64,000 nt of DNA, from the NCBI RefSeq assembly GCF_006345805.1, contig NC_043004.1, positions 5,580,001-5,644,000 on the forward strand. The letters run 5' to 3'. Below the pieces are notes generated by a model. It was not told the DNA's origin and ran no database searches. It was given only the letters and a program-made list of their open reading frames with translations. Each line of letters begins with the position of its first letter. The stretch's first letter is position 1. This document shows positions 1 through 12,189 of the stretch, in pieces. The translations under genes and the position numbers were made by a program. This DNA comes from Octopus sinensis (Eukaryota).

Positions 1-214
1 AAAGGAGGATGCCCTAAAAATAGCTGGTGGTAGGATATTGAGGCAGAGCTGAAAAAGCAGAGAACTAACTGAAAAGAAGCAGAAAAGAAAAGACAAAGAA
101 CAGTGGAGAAGTCAGCAATGGCATGTACTTCATAGAGAGTGAAGAGCTAAATTAAGTATAGAGGGGCCATATTCTATTGATTACCAAAAGAATCATCATC
201 GTCATCATCATCAT

Positions 215-430
215 CATCATCATCATTTAATGTCCATTTTCCATGCTGGCATGGGTTGGTTGCTTTGACAGGAGCTTGTAAGGCCAAAAGGCTGCACCAA
301 GTTCAGTAGTCTGTTTTGGCTTGGTTTCTACAATTGGAAGCCTTTTCTGACACCAACCATTTTACAGAGTGCACTGGGGGACTTGCATGTTGCACCAGAA
401 CCAGTGCTTTTTTTTATGTGGCACCAACAC
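215..430 (-). mobile_element. RTE-clade LINE 3' UTR fragment with (GAT)n tail
   Basis: (CAT)n followed by ttaatgtccattttccatgctggcatgggttgg. The same sequence forms the 3' end of the RT-bearing RTE copy at 8411-10083. Confidence 0.8.
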
Positions 431-1075
431 TAATGCTTGAAAAACAAAATCATCTCTGTGTGATGTTTAGCTCAAAAAATATTAAACAGCAAAGTAGAAA
501 TTCTAAGGCACCCAACCAAACTCCCTGCCATCTGAACAGTTTCAGTATTCTATCAATAGTAATAAGGATTTATCATGTTACTACAAACCACATACTTATA
601 GGGGAGGAGTCAAGGATATTGAATCACCTCTCATTATATTACCAGCAAAGTTGATCCCAGCAGGATTTGAAGTCAATACATTAAGAGATGTAACTAAATA
701 TGGTGAGAAATTTACCCTGGTACTTTGCTGTTTCTCATACTCACTGCACTTTCTAACAATAACAATATTAACAACAACAAAAACATCAAAATATTGGAAA
801 CACTATTTGCTGCCCAGCATGTAATGTGGTCTCTAACTAGCAAGCTCCTTTTTTTCTTCTCCTCCCACCAATGCCAACCAATGTCGTTAAATTGCAGCCA
901 TGGTGGTGCATTGTCATGAAGAATTTTTTGTTGACTTGATTGACCTCAGTGCTTATTTTTTTAAAGCTTGGTATTTATTCTGTTGGTTTCTATTACTGAA
1001 CCAGTAAGTTACAGGGATGTAAACACACCAACAGGGGTTATTAAGCAGTGGTGGGGGACAACCACAGACAAAACG

Positions 1076-1107
<32 letters not shown>

Positions 1108-1118
1108 TTATATATCAT

Positions 1119-1500
1119 GAGTGGCTGTGTGGTAAGTAGCTTTCTTACTAACCACATGGTTCCGGGTTCAGTCCCACTGCAGGGCACCTTGGGCAAGTGT
1201 CTTCTACTATAGCCTTGGGCCGACCAAAGCCTTGTGAGTGGATTTGGTAGATGGAAACTGAAAGAAGCACGTCGTATACAGGTATATATATATATATTTG
1301 TGTGTCTGTGTTCCCCCCGCCCCCAATCGCTTGACAACCAATGTTGGCATGTTTACGCCCCCGTAAATTTGCGGTTCAGCAAAAGAGACCGACAGAATAA
1401 GTACTGGGCTTACAAAGAATAAGTCCTGGGGTCAATTTGCTCGACTAAAGGCAGTGCTCCAGCATGGCCACAGTCAAATGACTGAAACAAGTAAAAGAGT
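1119..1500 (+). mobile_element. Composite tRNA-derived SINE (CORE-like body, (TA/TG)n linker, second half ending gactgaaacaagtaaaagag)
   Basis: A-box-like gtggctgtgtggtaag, B-box-like ggttcagtccc and CORE-like ccttgggcaagtgtctt. Many near-identical copies occur in the window. Confidence 0.85.
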
Positions 1501-1526
1501 ATAAAAAGGGAGTATATATATATATG

Positions 1527-2707
1527 CAGGATGCAGTGAATAAACTGTCATCTAAATCAGTAGTTCCCAACAAGCTACACCCCCCACCTTGTTTCTAAGG
1601 CCACATTTCTAGTGCCCCACCCACTCACCAACACAGACAGAAACCATCTTCTGCAGAAAATTCAAAACAACAATATTTCACAAATAAAACTTAACCTCAT
1701 TAATCCTTTACTTTGTTTTTTTTGACATCCATTGCCCCATTTTGGTTACCCCATTATTGCCCCTCTTTTCTTCAACACCCCACTGGATCTTTCTACTACC
1801 CAAGTGGGGTGAGGCGGTACAACCAACTTTGGGGACCACTGGTCTAAATTATGTAAAAATGAAAATAACATTGACATCTCATTTTAATAGATACATGCAC
1901 CAAAATTACATTAAAATATCTTGAAATATGAAAGAGTAAATTTATTCAATAAAATCGCCATTGGCTTCAACCATGGCCTCCAGACGACTTCGGAATCTCC
2001 TGCAACTCTTCTGAATGGTTTCCTTGTTTAAGTTGGTGAATGCTGCCAAAATCCTTGCCTTCAGTTCATCTTTGGTGTTACAAGGAGTTTTGTTGATCTC
2101 TCGTTCAACTGCGCCCTACACATAATAATCAAGGAGATTGTAGTCTGGGGAGTTAGGTGGCTAGATGTTAGGGGTGATGTGGTTGCAGAAATTGTCTGAC
2201 AGCTATGACTGGGTTCGCCTGCTTGTGTGGCATGGTGCAGAGCCCTGTTGCCCGACATAGGGTCTTCCAGCATCCACCCTCTTGACCCTGGGCAGCACTA
2301 CTTCCTCCAGGCACTTGATGTAGGCCACTGTGTTGAGTGTGAGGCCATGTAGGAAGATGAATGGAGGCATAATGTCAATGTCACTAGTGATCACTCCAAA
2401 CACCATGATGTTGACTGGATGTTTGATTTTTATCACTCTTGGTACATGTTTTGGGGACAATCTGCCCTCAGATTGATACCCAAACACTCTGAAATGTTAG
2501 TATTGGAGCTCCCAGCACAAATACCAAGCAGTACAGCATGTCGTTTCCAAATTTCTGGCAGAGTGAATTGCATTATAATGCTGTTTTTCTCACAGATGGT
2601 GCCCAGCTGACCCTACTATAATGTGTAGTTAACAAAATCAAAAACAAACAATGCGCATGGGCAAAATCTAAAATATAAGATGGCAACAATTTACCCATCA
2701 CACCCTT
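1527..2707 (-). mobile_element. Decayed Tc1/mariner transposon, maT (DD37D) type, internally deleted
   Basis: The minus strand reads ...YVGQQGSAPCHTSRRTQS*LSDNFCNHITPNI*PPNSPDYNLLDYYV*GAVERE, with 37 residues between the QQ(D>G) position and the last D. Imperfect TIRs are caggatgcagtgaataaactgtcatct and agatggcaacaatttacccatcacaccct. Confidence 0.85.
1558..1841. mobile_element. hAT-type MITE nested in the left end of the maT element
   Basis: TIRs cagtagttcccaa / ttggggaccactg; 8-bp TSD atctaaat / gtctaaat. Related copy at 39213-39494. Confidence 0.8.
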
Positions 2708-2984
2708 TATTCTTTTATTCTTTTATTTGTTTCAATCATTTGACTGCAACCATGCTGGAGCACCATCTTAAGGGGTTTTAGTCGAACAATAGGACCCCAA
2801 GACTTATTCTTTGTAAACCTAATACTTTTTCTATTGGTCCTTTTTGCTGAACTACTAATATTATGGGGACATAAGCATACCAACATCGGTTGTCAAGTAA
2901 TGGTGGGGGGGGGACAAATACAGACACAAACACACAAATATATATGCCAGATTTATATACTCTAAATTTGTAGAAGAATTTGTC

Positions 2985-3165
2985 ATTGGGGCAGCTTAGC
3001 TTGATGGTAAAGCACTTGACGTGTAATCACAGGGATGTGAGTTTGAGTCTCATGGCTGGCTGGTGACAGATTTTTCTGCAAAATATGGATAGTTTATCCT
3101 GTTCATGTTATATTATTAGCATTATCCTGTGTTTGAGAATAAAATTATTTCCTTATCTGTAATTT
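2985..3165 (+). mobile_element. Distinct tRNA-headed SINE-like fragment
   Basis: ggggcagcttagcttgatggtaaagcac...gtgagtttgagtctc gives A-box and B-box-like spacing; the body is unlike the other SINEs here. Confidence 0.45.
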
Positions 3166-3169
3166 CAAT

Positions 3170-3280
<111 letters not shown>

Positions 3281-3715
3281 ACTGGCACCCGTACCAGTGG
3301 AGCGCTAACAGCTCCATCCGAGTGGGATCACTGCCAGATTTCGTGCCGGTGGCATATAAAAAGCACCATTTGAGTGTGATCATTACCTGCATTGCTTTAC
3401 TGGCACGTGAACAAAACATTTGTGCGAGGTCCTTGCCAGTGCTGCTGGACTGACTCCTGTGCAGGTGGCACGTAAAAAGCACCATTTGAGCGTGGCTGTT
3501 GCCAGTACCGCCAGACTGACCCTTGTGCCGGTGGCACGTAAAAGCACCCACTACACTCTCAGAGTGGTTGGCGTTAGGAAGGACATCCAGCTGTAGAAAC
3601 TCTGCCGGATCAAGATTGGAGCCTGGTGCAGCCATCTGGTTCGCCAGTCCTCAGTCAAACTGTCCAACCCATGCTAGCATGGAAAGCATACGTTAAATGA
3701 TAATGATGATGATAT
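3281..3715 (+). mobile_element. RTE 3' UTR with internal ~60-bp subrepeats and (GAT)n tail
   Basis: Repeated gtggcacgtaaaaagcaccatttgag units, then the conserved terminal segment and atgatgatg. Confidence 0.85.
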
Positions 3716-3727
3716 ATATATATGTAC

Positions 3728-4500
3728 AATGGGTTTCTTTCAGTTTCCATCTACCAAATGGACTCACAAGGGTTTGGTACGCCTGAGGCTATAGTTGAAG
3801 ACACTTGCCCAAGGTGCCATGCAGTGGGACTGGACCCGAAACCATGTGGCTAGAAAGCAAGCTTCTTACCACACAGCCACGCCTGTGCTTATATATGTAT
3901 ATATGTATGTATGAGAGGCTTCTTTCAGTTTCTGTCCACCAAATCCACTCACAAGGCTTCAGTTGACTTGAGGCTATAGTGGAAAACACTTGCTCAAGGT
4001 GCCACATGGTGGGACTGAACTCGGAACCATGTGGCTGTGAAGTAAATTTCTTACTACATGGCCATAACTTCACCTAATAGAAATATTGACCACCTACATT
4101 AAAAAGGGAATTTGTTTTATTCAAACAAATGTATATATCTATTATCTTTTACTAGTTTCAGTCATTAGACTGTGGCCATGCTGGGGCACCATGTTGAAGA
4201 ATTTTTAGTTGAATAAATCAACCCCAGTACTTTTTCTTTGTTAAGCTTGGTACTTATATTATCAGTATCTTTTGCTGAACTGCTAAGTTATGGGAACATA
4301 AACACGCTAACACCGGTTGTCAAGTGGTGGGGGACAAACACACACACACACACACAACTAGCTTCTTCAGTTTCTGTCTACCAAATCCACTCACACTTTG
4401 GTCAGTCCAAGGCTATAGTAGAAGACAACTTGCCCAAGGGACTGAACCCAGAACTATGTGGTTGGGAAGCAAGCTTCTTACCACACAGCCACGCCTGTAC
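3728..4500 (-). mobile_element. Cluster of three SINE heads/halves of the composite tRNA SINE
   Basis: Reverse-complement copies of the 1119-1500 element at about 3728-3885, 3915-4065 and 4140-4500. Confidence 0.75.
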
Positions 4501-4971
4501 CTATAAATGTATAAAAGTTTACATTTTCAACCTTTTCTTATTTTTTATGTATATGTGTGTGTGTGAACATATATATATATCTATATATATACATATATAT
4601 ATATATGTGTGTGTGTGGATGTGTGAACCTATTGAATAAGAATACAAATATGGCACATTTAACTAGCTTGAAAATATTATGAACAGCCATTATTAATTTT
4701 CAATTATTATTAATGTCTCATCAGAGGTATCTGTATCTCTTAAATAATCCCAGAGAAACAATTAGCCAATCTGTTTGGCATTAGGAAGGGCATCCAGCTG
4801 TAGAAACTTTGCCAGATCAGATTGGAGCATGATGCAGCCTCCTGGCTTGCCAGTCCTCAGTCAAACTGTCCAACCCATGCCAGCATGGAAAGCAGACTTT
4901 AAATGACGAGGACAATGATGACACCATGGAAAATGGACATTAAAGGATGATGATGACATATATCTATATAT

Positions 4972-5190
4972 ACTCTTTTACTCTTTTACTTGTTTCAGTC
5001 ATTTGACCATGGCCATGCTGGAGCACCGCCTTTAGTTGAGCAAATCAACCCCAGGACTTATTCTTTGTAAGCCCTGTACTTATTCTATCAGTCACTTTTT
5101 GCCGAACCTCTAAGTTACGGGAACGTATACACACCAGCATTGGTTGTCAAGTGATGTTGGGGGTGGTGGTGGACAAACACAGACACACAA

Positions 5191-5269
<79 letters not shown>

Positions 5270-5440
5270 CATATATATGACGGGCTTCTTTCAGTTTCCG
5301 TCTACCAAATCCACTCACAAGACTTTGGTCGGCCTGAAGCTATAGTAGAAGACACTTGCCTAAGGTACCACGCAGTGGGACTGAACCCAGAACTATGTGG
5401 TTGGTAAGCAAGCTACTTACCACGCAACCACTCCTATGCC
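4972..5440 (-). mobile_element. Full-length composite tRNA SINE with (CA)n/(TA)n linker
   Basis: Reverse complement of 1119-1500; the linker is expanded to about 90 bp. Confidence 0.85.
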
Positions 5441-5807
5441 TATATATATAAATATATCAGTCATTTGACTGTGGCCATTTTCTTTAAAGTTTGGTACTTG
5501 TTCAGTTGTCTTTTTTTTCTCAAACAACTGAGTTGCAGTGGCGTAAATAAACCAACATGACTTATCAATCAGTGGTGGAAGAAACACCAGCATGAAAACA
5601 CAGACACACAGTGGGCTTCCATACAGCTTCCATCAATCAAATTCACTCACAAGACAATTGATCGGCTTAGGGCTATAATGGAAAACACACGCCCACGTTA
5701 CTGCACTGTGGAACTGAACTCAAAACCACATGGGCTGTAAAATGAGATTCTTTACTACACACTCATGCTTGTGCTTGTATGTGTGTGTGTATATATATAT
5801 ATATATA

Positions 5808-6196
5808 CTAGCAGTATCACCCGGCGTTGCTCGGGTTTGTTTCGACGCTTTACAATTGGAATTTTTCAAATGTAATAATTTTGCATTATGTAGCTTGTTA
5901 TTCTCTTTAAGTGAACATTTTTCTGGTTGAAATACACCGAAAAATGGCGACACAGCAGTAAAAATAATCGTAAAAAATAGGGATTTTCATAGAAAAAAAG
6001 CACCTTTTTGATGTAAATAATTTTTGGTGTTAACATGGTCCGATTTGAATTTTATCTTCTACGGAAGGAAGAGCAAGCCTTCTTCTATCATACTCTCAAT
6101 TTTGGTGAACTTGCGCCGCAAGGTCTCGGAGGAGATAGTGTTAGTTGAAGGCTACCAAACCTGCCATACACAGACAACTTCAGCTTTATCTATATA
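5808..6196 (-). mobile_element. Non-autonomous Helitron-like element (family B)
   Basis: Minus-strand 3' end cccgagcaacgccgggtgatactgCTAG followed by T (GC hairpin 8 nt before CTAG); 5' end tatatagataaagctgaagttgtctgtg. Confidence 0.7.
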
Positions 6197-6577
6197 CTAG
6201 CAGTATCGTCCGGCGTTGCTCAGGTTTGTAAGGGAAATAACTATAAAGCATTTTTAGAGAGTTATAGCCAAAAAATAGCAAAAAAATGGAAAAAAATGAT
6301 GGTAAATTTTTTTGAGAGTAAAAAAAGGTCGAGTTGCGTCCCCTAGACAGTCTGTGGTTTGTGTTTCTGATTCTCGACCCCATGTCGAATTTATCGATTT
6401 TTTTCAGAACTGGGGGAACTTTTCAAAATTTTCGCTGCGTTAGTTTTGAATTATGACATTGGGCTATGTGTGTGTCAAGTTTCATCAGAATCGGTTGAAA
6501 GCAGTGGTCAGGGTGAGGGTACAACCAAACAGACACACAGAAACACACACAGACAAACTGCCGTTTATATATAGAGA
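6197..6577 (-). mobile_element. Non-autonomous Helitron-like element (family A)
   Basis: Minus-strand 5' end A|TCTCTATATATAAACGGCAGtttgtctgtgtg; 3' end cctgagcaacgccggacgatactgCTAG. Confidence 0.75.
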
Positions 6578-7788
6578 TATATATATATATATCATCAACA
6601 CTTAATGTCTATTTTCTATGCTGGCATGGGTTGGATGGCTTGACAGGAGCTGTCAAGGCCAAGGGCTGTCCCAGATTCCATAGTCTGTTTTGCCTTGGTT
6701 TCTACATCTTGATGCCCTACATATGCCAACCACTTCAAAGGATGTTCTAGGTACATTTTACATAGGACCATCACCCACCAACATTAATGCTTTTTGCATG
6801 GCACCTTTGTTTTAGGATCTCAATTCTGTTGTGGTGGGCGGGTCTTCTTCAGATATGTATGTATATATGTATGTATGTATGTAAAATGCGTTATAAAACA
6901 AGAATGGTTTTGTTTCTGGTGCTAGGGTTATGGTGATAAATAGATTGTCTGATGGAGTCACAGATGAATTTGATAGGAAATGGGTTAGTTGCCTAAACAT
7001 AAATCTGATCATGTAGACGAATTCTAACATTTCGTCAACGAACAAATTTGTATGTCGACATATGACACTCAATCCTCTACTTCATTTCTTGAAGTTAGCT
7101 TTCTTTTTAAAAAAAATATATCTTTGTAGCAATTTTTTTTAAAATGTTAAAAAAAAATGGACTGAAATACTATTTCATACTTTTATAGATCTCAGAGACA
7201 TATTCTCTGTTAGTGAAAGCTAAGCCTTTGCAATTTGACGTGTTTATATAATATTTATATTAATCATTATATGAATTCTGAAGAATTACTTTAGAAAGGA
7301 GTGAAGGAATTAATCTAAGCCTAGGATATGTCAAGGCAGCTCAAATATCCATAAACAATCAAAGGACTTGTGAGCTCATTAGTTAGATATAGAAATATAA
7401 ATGGTGCAGTGCTGCTTGCTATTCCTGCTTTCAAAGAATAATTTTTTTCTTTTTATTTTTTTTTTTTAATAATGACATTTTCATTGAACTAACACAAAAA
7501 TAAGTTAATAGATTTTAATATATGATATATTTTTCATAAAATGAAATTATACTCTAAGTAGGGTACCTAGCTGAAAAATTTGTCCTTCAATTACACACAC
7601 ACACACACACAAGCCAATATCTAAGCAAGAAGCTCAAAGGAGGGCAGTAGCATCGAACTCCATCCTTCACCAAAAGCCGGTTCAACAAAGGTGGAAAGTG
7701 GAAAGATAATTACAATAGCGGTGCTCCAGCATGGCCACAGTCATTGGACTGAAACATATAAAAGAATAAAAGAATGTATATATGTGCA

Positions 7789-7820
<32 letters not shown>

Positions 7821-7850
7821 AGTCTGTCTGTTTATATATATGTATATACA

Positions 7851-7894
<44 letters not shown>

Positions 7895-8034
7895 ATATAT
7901 ATATATCATCATCATCATCATCATCATCATTCAGCGTCCGTTTTCCATGCTAGCATGGGTTGGACAGTTCAACTGGGGTCTGTGAAGCCAGAAGGCTGCA
8001 TCAGGCCCAGACTGATCTGGCAGTGTTTCTACTG

Positions 8035-8070
<36 letters not shown>

Positions 8071-8211
8071 GTTATATTCTGTTAAGAATCTAGTACAGTA
8101 CAGTATAAAGCTCGTCCACATTCAGGTTTCAGCCGGTGCTATCCAGTATTATTATACGTACTGCCAGATCTGTGTTGGGACTCCTGCAATGTGTGCATGA
8201 ATAACTGAATG

Positions 8212-8373
8212 AGTTGGAGTCAACATGAAAGAGTATAGAAGAACATTTATTTGTCATCACTACAATTGTTTCCATGCAATGTATCTCTGCAGGTTTGCGA
8301 ACCTGTTGTGTGGAAACAATTGTGGTGATTACAAATAAATGTTCCTCTGTACTACTTCTTGTTGGCTCCAACT
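8212..8373. repeat. 68-bp imperfect inverted repeat (foldback/MITE-like)
   Basis: 8212-8279 pairs with 8306-8373 at 58/68 Watson-Crick positions; 26-nt loop. Confidence 0.8.
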
Positions 8374-8410
8374 TTGTCAATTACACACACACACACACAC
8401 GCACACATAT

Positions 8411-10083
8411 TAGGAAGAGAGTTAGCATAGATGAGATGCAGTTTGGATTTGTGCCAGGGAGAAGCACAACCAATGCTATCTTCCTGGTGAGGCAAATGCA
8501 GGAGAAATACTTGACCAAAAATAAACCTCTGTATCTGACTTTCATTGACATGGAGAAAACCTTTGACAGGGCTCCCCTGCTCCTTTATCTGGTAGGCGAT
8601 GCGGAAGCTAAGGATAGATGAGTGGTTAGTGAGAGCTGTACAAACCATGTACAGGGATGCTGTTAGTAAGGTGAGAGTCACCAATGAGTATAGCAAGGAG
8701 TTTAGTGAACCTGTAAGAGTCCAGCAGGGATTGGTTCTTAGCCTCCTCTTGTTTATCTTGGTTCTCCAAGCTATAATTGAGGAATTTAAGACTGGCTGCC
8801 CTTGGGAGATTCTCTCTGTTGATAATCTTGTTCTTGTTGCTGAATGAACACCAGAACTAGAGAAGAAATTTCAGACTGGAATCATAGGACCTTAGAGTTA
8901 CTTTAGCAAAGACCAAAGTATTGATAAGTAGGAAAACAGACAAATAACAGACCCCTTCAGGGATATGGCCCTGCTCAATATGTAGCAAAGGTGTTGGGAG
9001 AAAATTGCACCAAGTGCAAGTTATGGGCACATAAGAGGTGCAGTGTTATCACTGGAAACAAACAGAGAAAGTCTTTACATGTGGCAGATGTGCAGGTACA
9101 CTAAATACCAGGAATGTCCAAAAAAATAGACTCCCTCAAATGTTAGTGGGGGGGATCTTTCGAAGTAGTAGATAGTTTCAGTTACTTAGGTAACCAAGTT
9201 AGTAGTGGGGGAGGTTGTTCTGAAAGCATAGCTATGAGAATAACAATAGGCTAAGCAAAGTTCAGAGAGCTGCTACCCCTGTTAGTAGTGGACGGCCTCT
9301 CTCTCAGAGTGAAAGGCAGATTGTATGATGCCTGTGTATGAACAACTATGCTACATGGCAGTGAGACATGGGTGGTGACTTTTAAGGATATGTGAAGGCC
9401 TGAAAGAAATGAAGCCAGTGTGCTCCAATGCATGGGTAATGTCAATGTGCATATATGACAGAGTGTAAAGGAGTTGAGAGAAAAATTGGATATACGAGGC
9501 ATCAGGAATAGCATGCAAGAGAGAAGACTGCACTGGTATGACCATGAATGAATGAAGACAGCTGTATCAAGAGATGCCAATCTCAAATTGTAGAGGGAAC
9601 ATGTTAAGGGAGTACACCCAGGAAGATGTGGGACAAAGTGGTGAGAAAGGATCTACGGACGTTGGGACTCACAGAGGGGATGACAAAGGACCAAGGCTCC
9701 TAGAGGTTTGCTATGCTTGAAAAGACAATTGAAGCTAAGTAAAAGCATGGTTACTCTTGCATAAAGGCATTTCCCTGCATCCTTCTCTAGCTGAGCATTC
9801 CTAACCCTGCAGGCTTTTGGGTGCTGGTGCCATGTAAAAAACACCCGCACTGATGCCACATAAATGCACCCATGCTGCAACTGCATAAAAGCACCCAGTA
9901 CACTCTGTGAAGTGGTTGGCTTTAGGAAGGACATCCAGCTGTAGAAACCATGCAAAAACAGACATGGACCCCGAACATCTCTGCAGCTGGTCAGCTTCTG
10001 TCAAACTGTCCCACCCATGCCAGCATGGAAAATGGACCTTAAATGATGATGATGAGGAGGAGGAGGAAGATGAAGATAATGAT
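8411..10083 (+). mobile_element. 5'-truncated RTE-clade LINE (RT domain, C-terminus, 3' UTR, (GAT)n tail), frameshifted
   Basis: Reads IDEMQFGFVPGRSTTNAIFLVRQMQEKYLTKNKPLYLTFIDMEKTFDR, then VRVQQGLVLSLLLFILVLQ, LSVDNL (YADD-equivalent region) and SYLG, and runs into the abundant 3' UTR repeat. Confidence 0.92.
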
Positions 10084-10124
10084 CAGCACTAACATACATA
10101 CATATGTTTGTATGTATGTGTATA

Positions 10125-10457
10125 TATGTGTGGTAAGTAGCTTGCTTACGAACCACATGGTTCTGGGTTCAGTCTCACTGTGTGGCACCTGGGGCAAGTG
10201 TCTTCTACTATAGCCTCAGGCCAACCAAAGCCTTATGAGTGGATATGGTAGACGGAAACTGAAAGAAACCCATCGTATATATGTATGTATGTATATATAT
10301 ATTTGTGTGTGTGTGTGTATATGTTTGTGTGTCTGTGTTTGTACCCCCAACATCACTTGGCAACCGATGCTGGTGTGTTTACATCTCCATATCTTAGGAG
10401 TTCGGCAAAAGAGACCGATAGAATGGCCACAGTCAAATGACTGAAACAAGTAAAAGA

Positions 10458-10460
<3 letters not shown>
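10125..10460 (+). mobile_element. Composite tRNA SINE
   Basis: Same head, body and tail as 1119-1500. Confidence 0.8.
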
Positions 10461-10490
<30 letters not shown>

Positions 10491-10518
10491 ATATAATGTA
10501 TCTTGAACAGCAGAGCAT

Positions 10519-10567
<49 letters not shown>

Positions 10568-11168
10568 TATGTGCATGCTCTGCTGTTCAAAATACTGCCA
10601 AAATTATTTTGAGATCAACTCTGACCTATACTACTGTATGTACATTTGGAGCATAAAGGCAAATATCAGTAAATCATGTCACTATAGGAAAATAGACAGC
10701 AGCAAAGATGGAGGGTGGTGGGCAAGCTTGTGAAGGTGGCAGTAGTAGTGATGGTAGTGGTGGTGGCATTGGTAATGGTGGTGGTGTTGATTTCTGTGAA
10801 GGTCGGAGTGGTAGTGATGTTAGGGGACTGCGTCTGTGAATGGCTTTGGTTAAAGCAACAAATGGCTTGTAGTGACAGCTGTGGCAACAGTCATAATAAT
10901 GATTGAGATGATGATGGTAGTGTAAGAACAGAGGTGGAGAAGAACATGGTTGGGGAATATAGTGGCTGCAAGAAGTAATGGAAAACAATAGATTTGCTTA
11001 GAGAAACAATTTCGATTTAAGCTGTAACAACTGTGGAGCTCTTTTCAAAAATGACAACCAAGCTGATGCAATAAATAATCCAGCATTGAACTGATTATAA
11101 TCAAATAGTTGCCAAAATCTATATTTTCCATTTCTTGCTTGAATTACTTTGCTATCTCTGTGATTTAA

Positions 11169-11389
11169 CCCTTTTGTTACCAACCTGGCTGAAACCAGCT
11201 CTGGCTCTGAGTACAAATGTCTTGTTTCCATAAGTTTTGAATTAAAATCTTCCACCAAACCTTAGTCACAATTTATGTTCCAAACACTAGCTTAATGATA
11301 ACCAAGTTATTTTACTAAATTCTTTGTTATATTTAAATTTCATTGAAAGAAACACAGAGCATCTCAAGAGAAATATGGTAACAAAAGGG
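11169..11389. mobile_element. piggyBac-type MITE
   Basis: TTAA|cccttttgttacca ... tggtaacaaaaggg|TTAA (TIRs plus TTAA TSD). Confidence 0.8.
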
Positions 11390-11420
11390 TTAAAAGATAT
11401 AATAGAGAAATAATTCTTAA

Positions 11421-11613
11421 CCCTTTTGTTACCAACCAGGCTGAAACCAGCTCTGAGTACAAATGTCTTGTTTCCATTAGTTTTGAATTAAAATCTTCCA
11501 CCAAACCTTAGTCACAATTTATGTTCCAAACACTAGCTTAATGATAACCAAGTTATTTTACTAAATTCTTTGTTATATTTAAATTTCATTGAAAGAAACA
11601 CAGAGCATCTCAA
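11421..11613. mobile_element. Second, truncated copy of the same piggyBac-type MITE
   Basis: Near-identical to 11169-11365; the right TIR is missing where the LTR-like sequence begins. Confidence 0.8.
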
Positions 11614-12158
11614 TATAACGTTCCCCCCACCCCTATATATGGCTGAAGCGGGAAGACCAAAAATGGCTTGAAAGTCATAACATGCTGGCAGGAAATAAAA
11701 TCACTAGGTGAGACAAGCTGGCACTGAATCAGCTTCGCTGACTGATGGTTGGTTAGAGAATGCGCGGGCTAAGACTACGCGCCTTCAGTAGTCAGTTAAG
11801 GTGAGACAGTGTCACGTGACAACCTGCTGGGACTGCCTGCTGGAGCCTAGCGGCAGGTAATTAAAGGGAAAAATTTGACAAGTCAGTCAGTCACCAGCTG
11901 ACACTCGCTGATGATACATCGAAGAGGCCAGGGAAAAGAAGAAAGAAGAAAGAAGACATGCACCCAACACCAGAGCTTAAGACACCTCCGAAAGGGAATG
12001 GCCCCGCCACGTCAAAACGGTAGAGGAGTTGGGGCCAAAACCAGACGCGGTTCGTCCTGATGATGTCTTGAGCTAAGTGGATCCTATAAAGGAGCTGTTG
12101 TAGTAGCAGACCACGAAACACGGTTGTAATTCCTCAGTAATGAAAAGGTTATATGACA
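11614..12158. mobile_element. Probable solo LTR
   Basis: GC/CpG-richer 545-bp block with termini tataac(~tgtaac)...tgaca and an AATAAA at about 11694. No clear TSD. Confidence 0.4.
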
Positions 12159-12189
12159 AAATAGGAATTATTTTTCATGTATTGGTGCA

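Noticed and set aside
1-150. Possible R4/Dong ORF remnant (EDALKIAGGRIL...KEQWRSQQWH)
   Set aside because: Too short and degraded to support a call.
1119-1190. SINE heads as tRNA genes (also 35523, 53207, 55348)
   Set aside because: A and B boxes are present, but there is no complete cloverleaf and they continue directly into repeat bodies.
10666-10988. Thr/Pro/Gly-rich ORFs on both strands
   Set aside because: Degenerate (GGT/AGT)n low-complexity sequence; no splice signals or domain.
12050-12135. CTGATGA...GAAACACGGTTGTA in the LTR-like block as a hammerhead
   Set aside because: Stem III and the GUA site fit, but helix II needs bulges at both core junctions and stem I does not pair.
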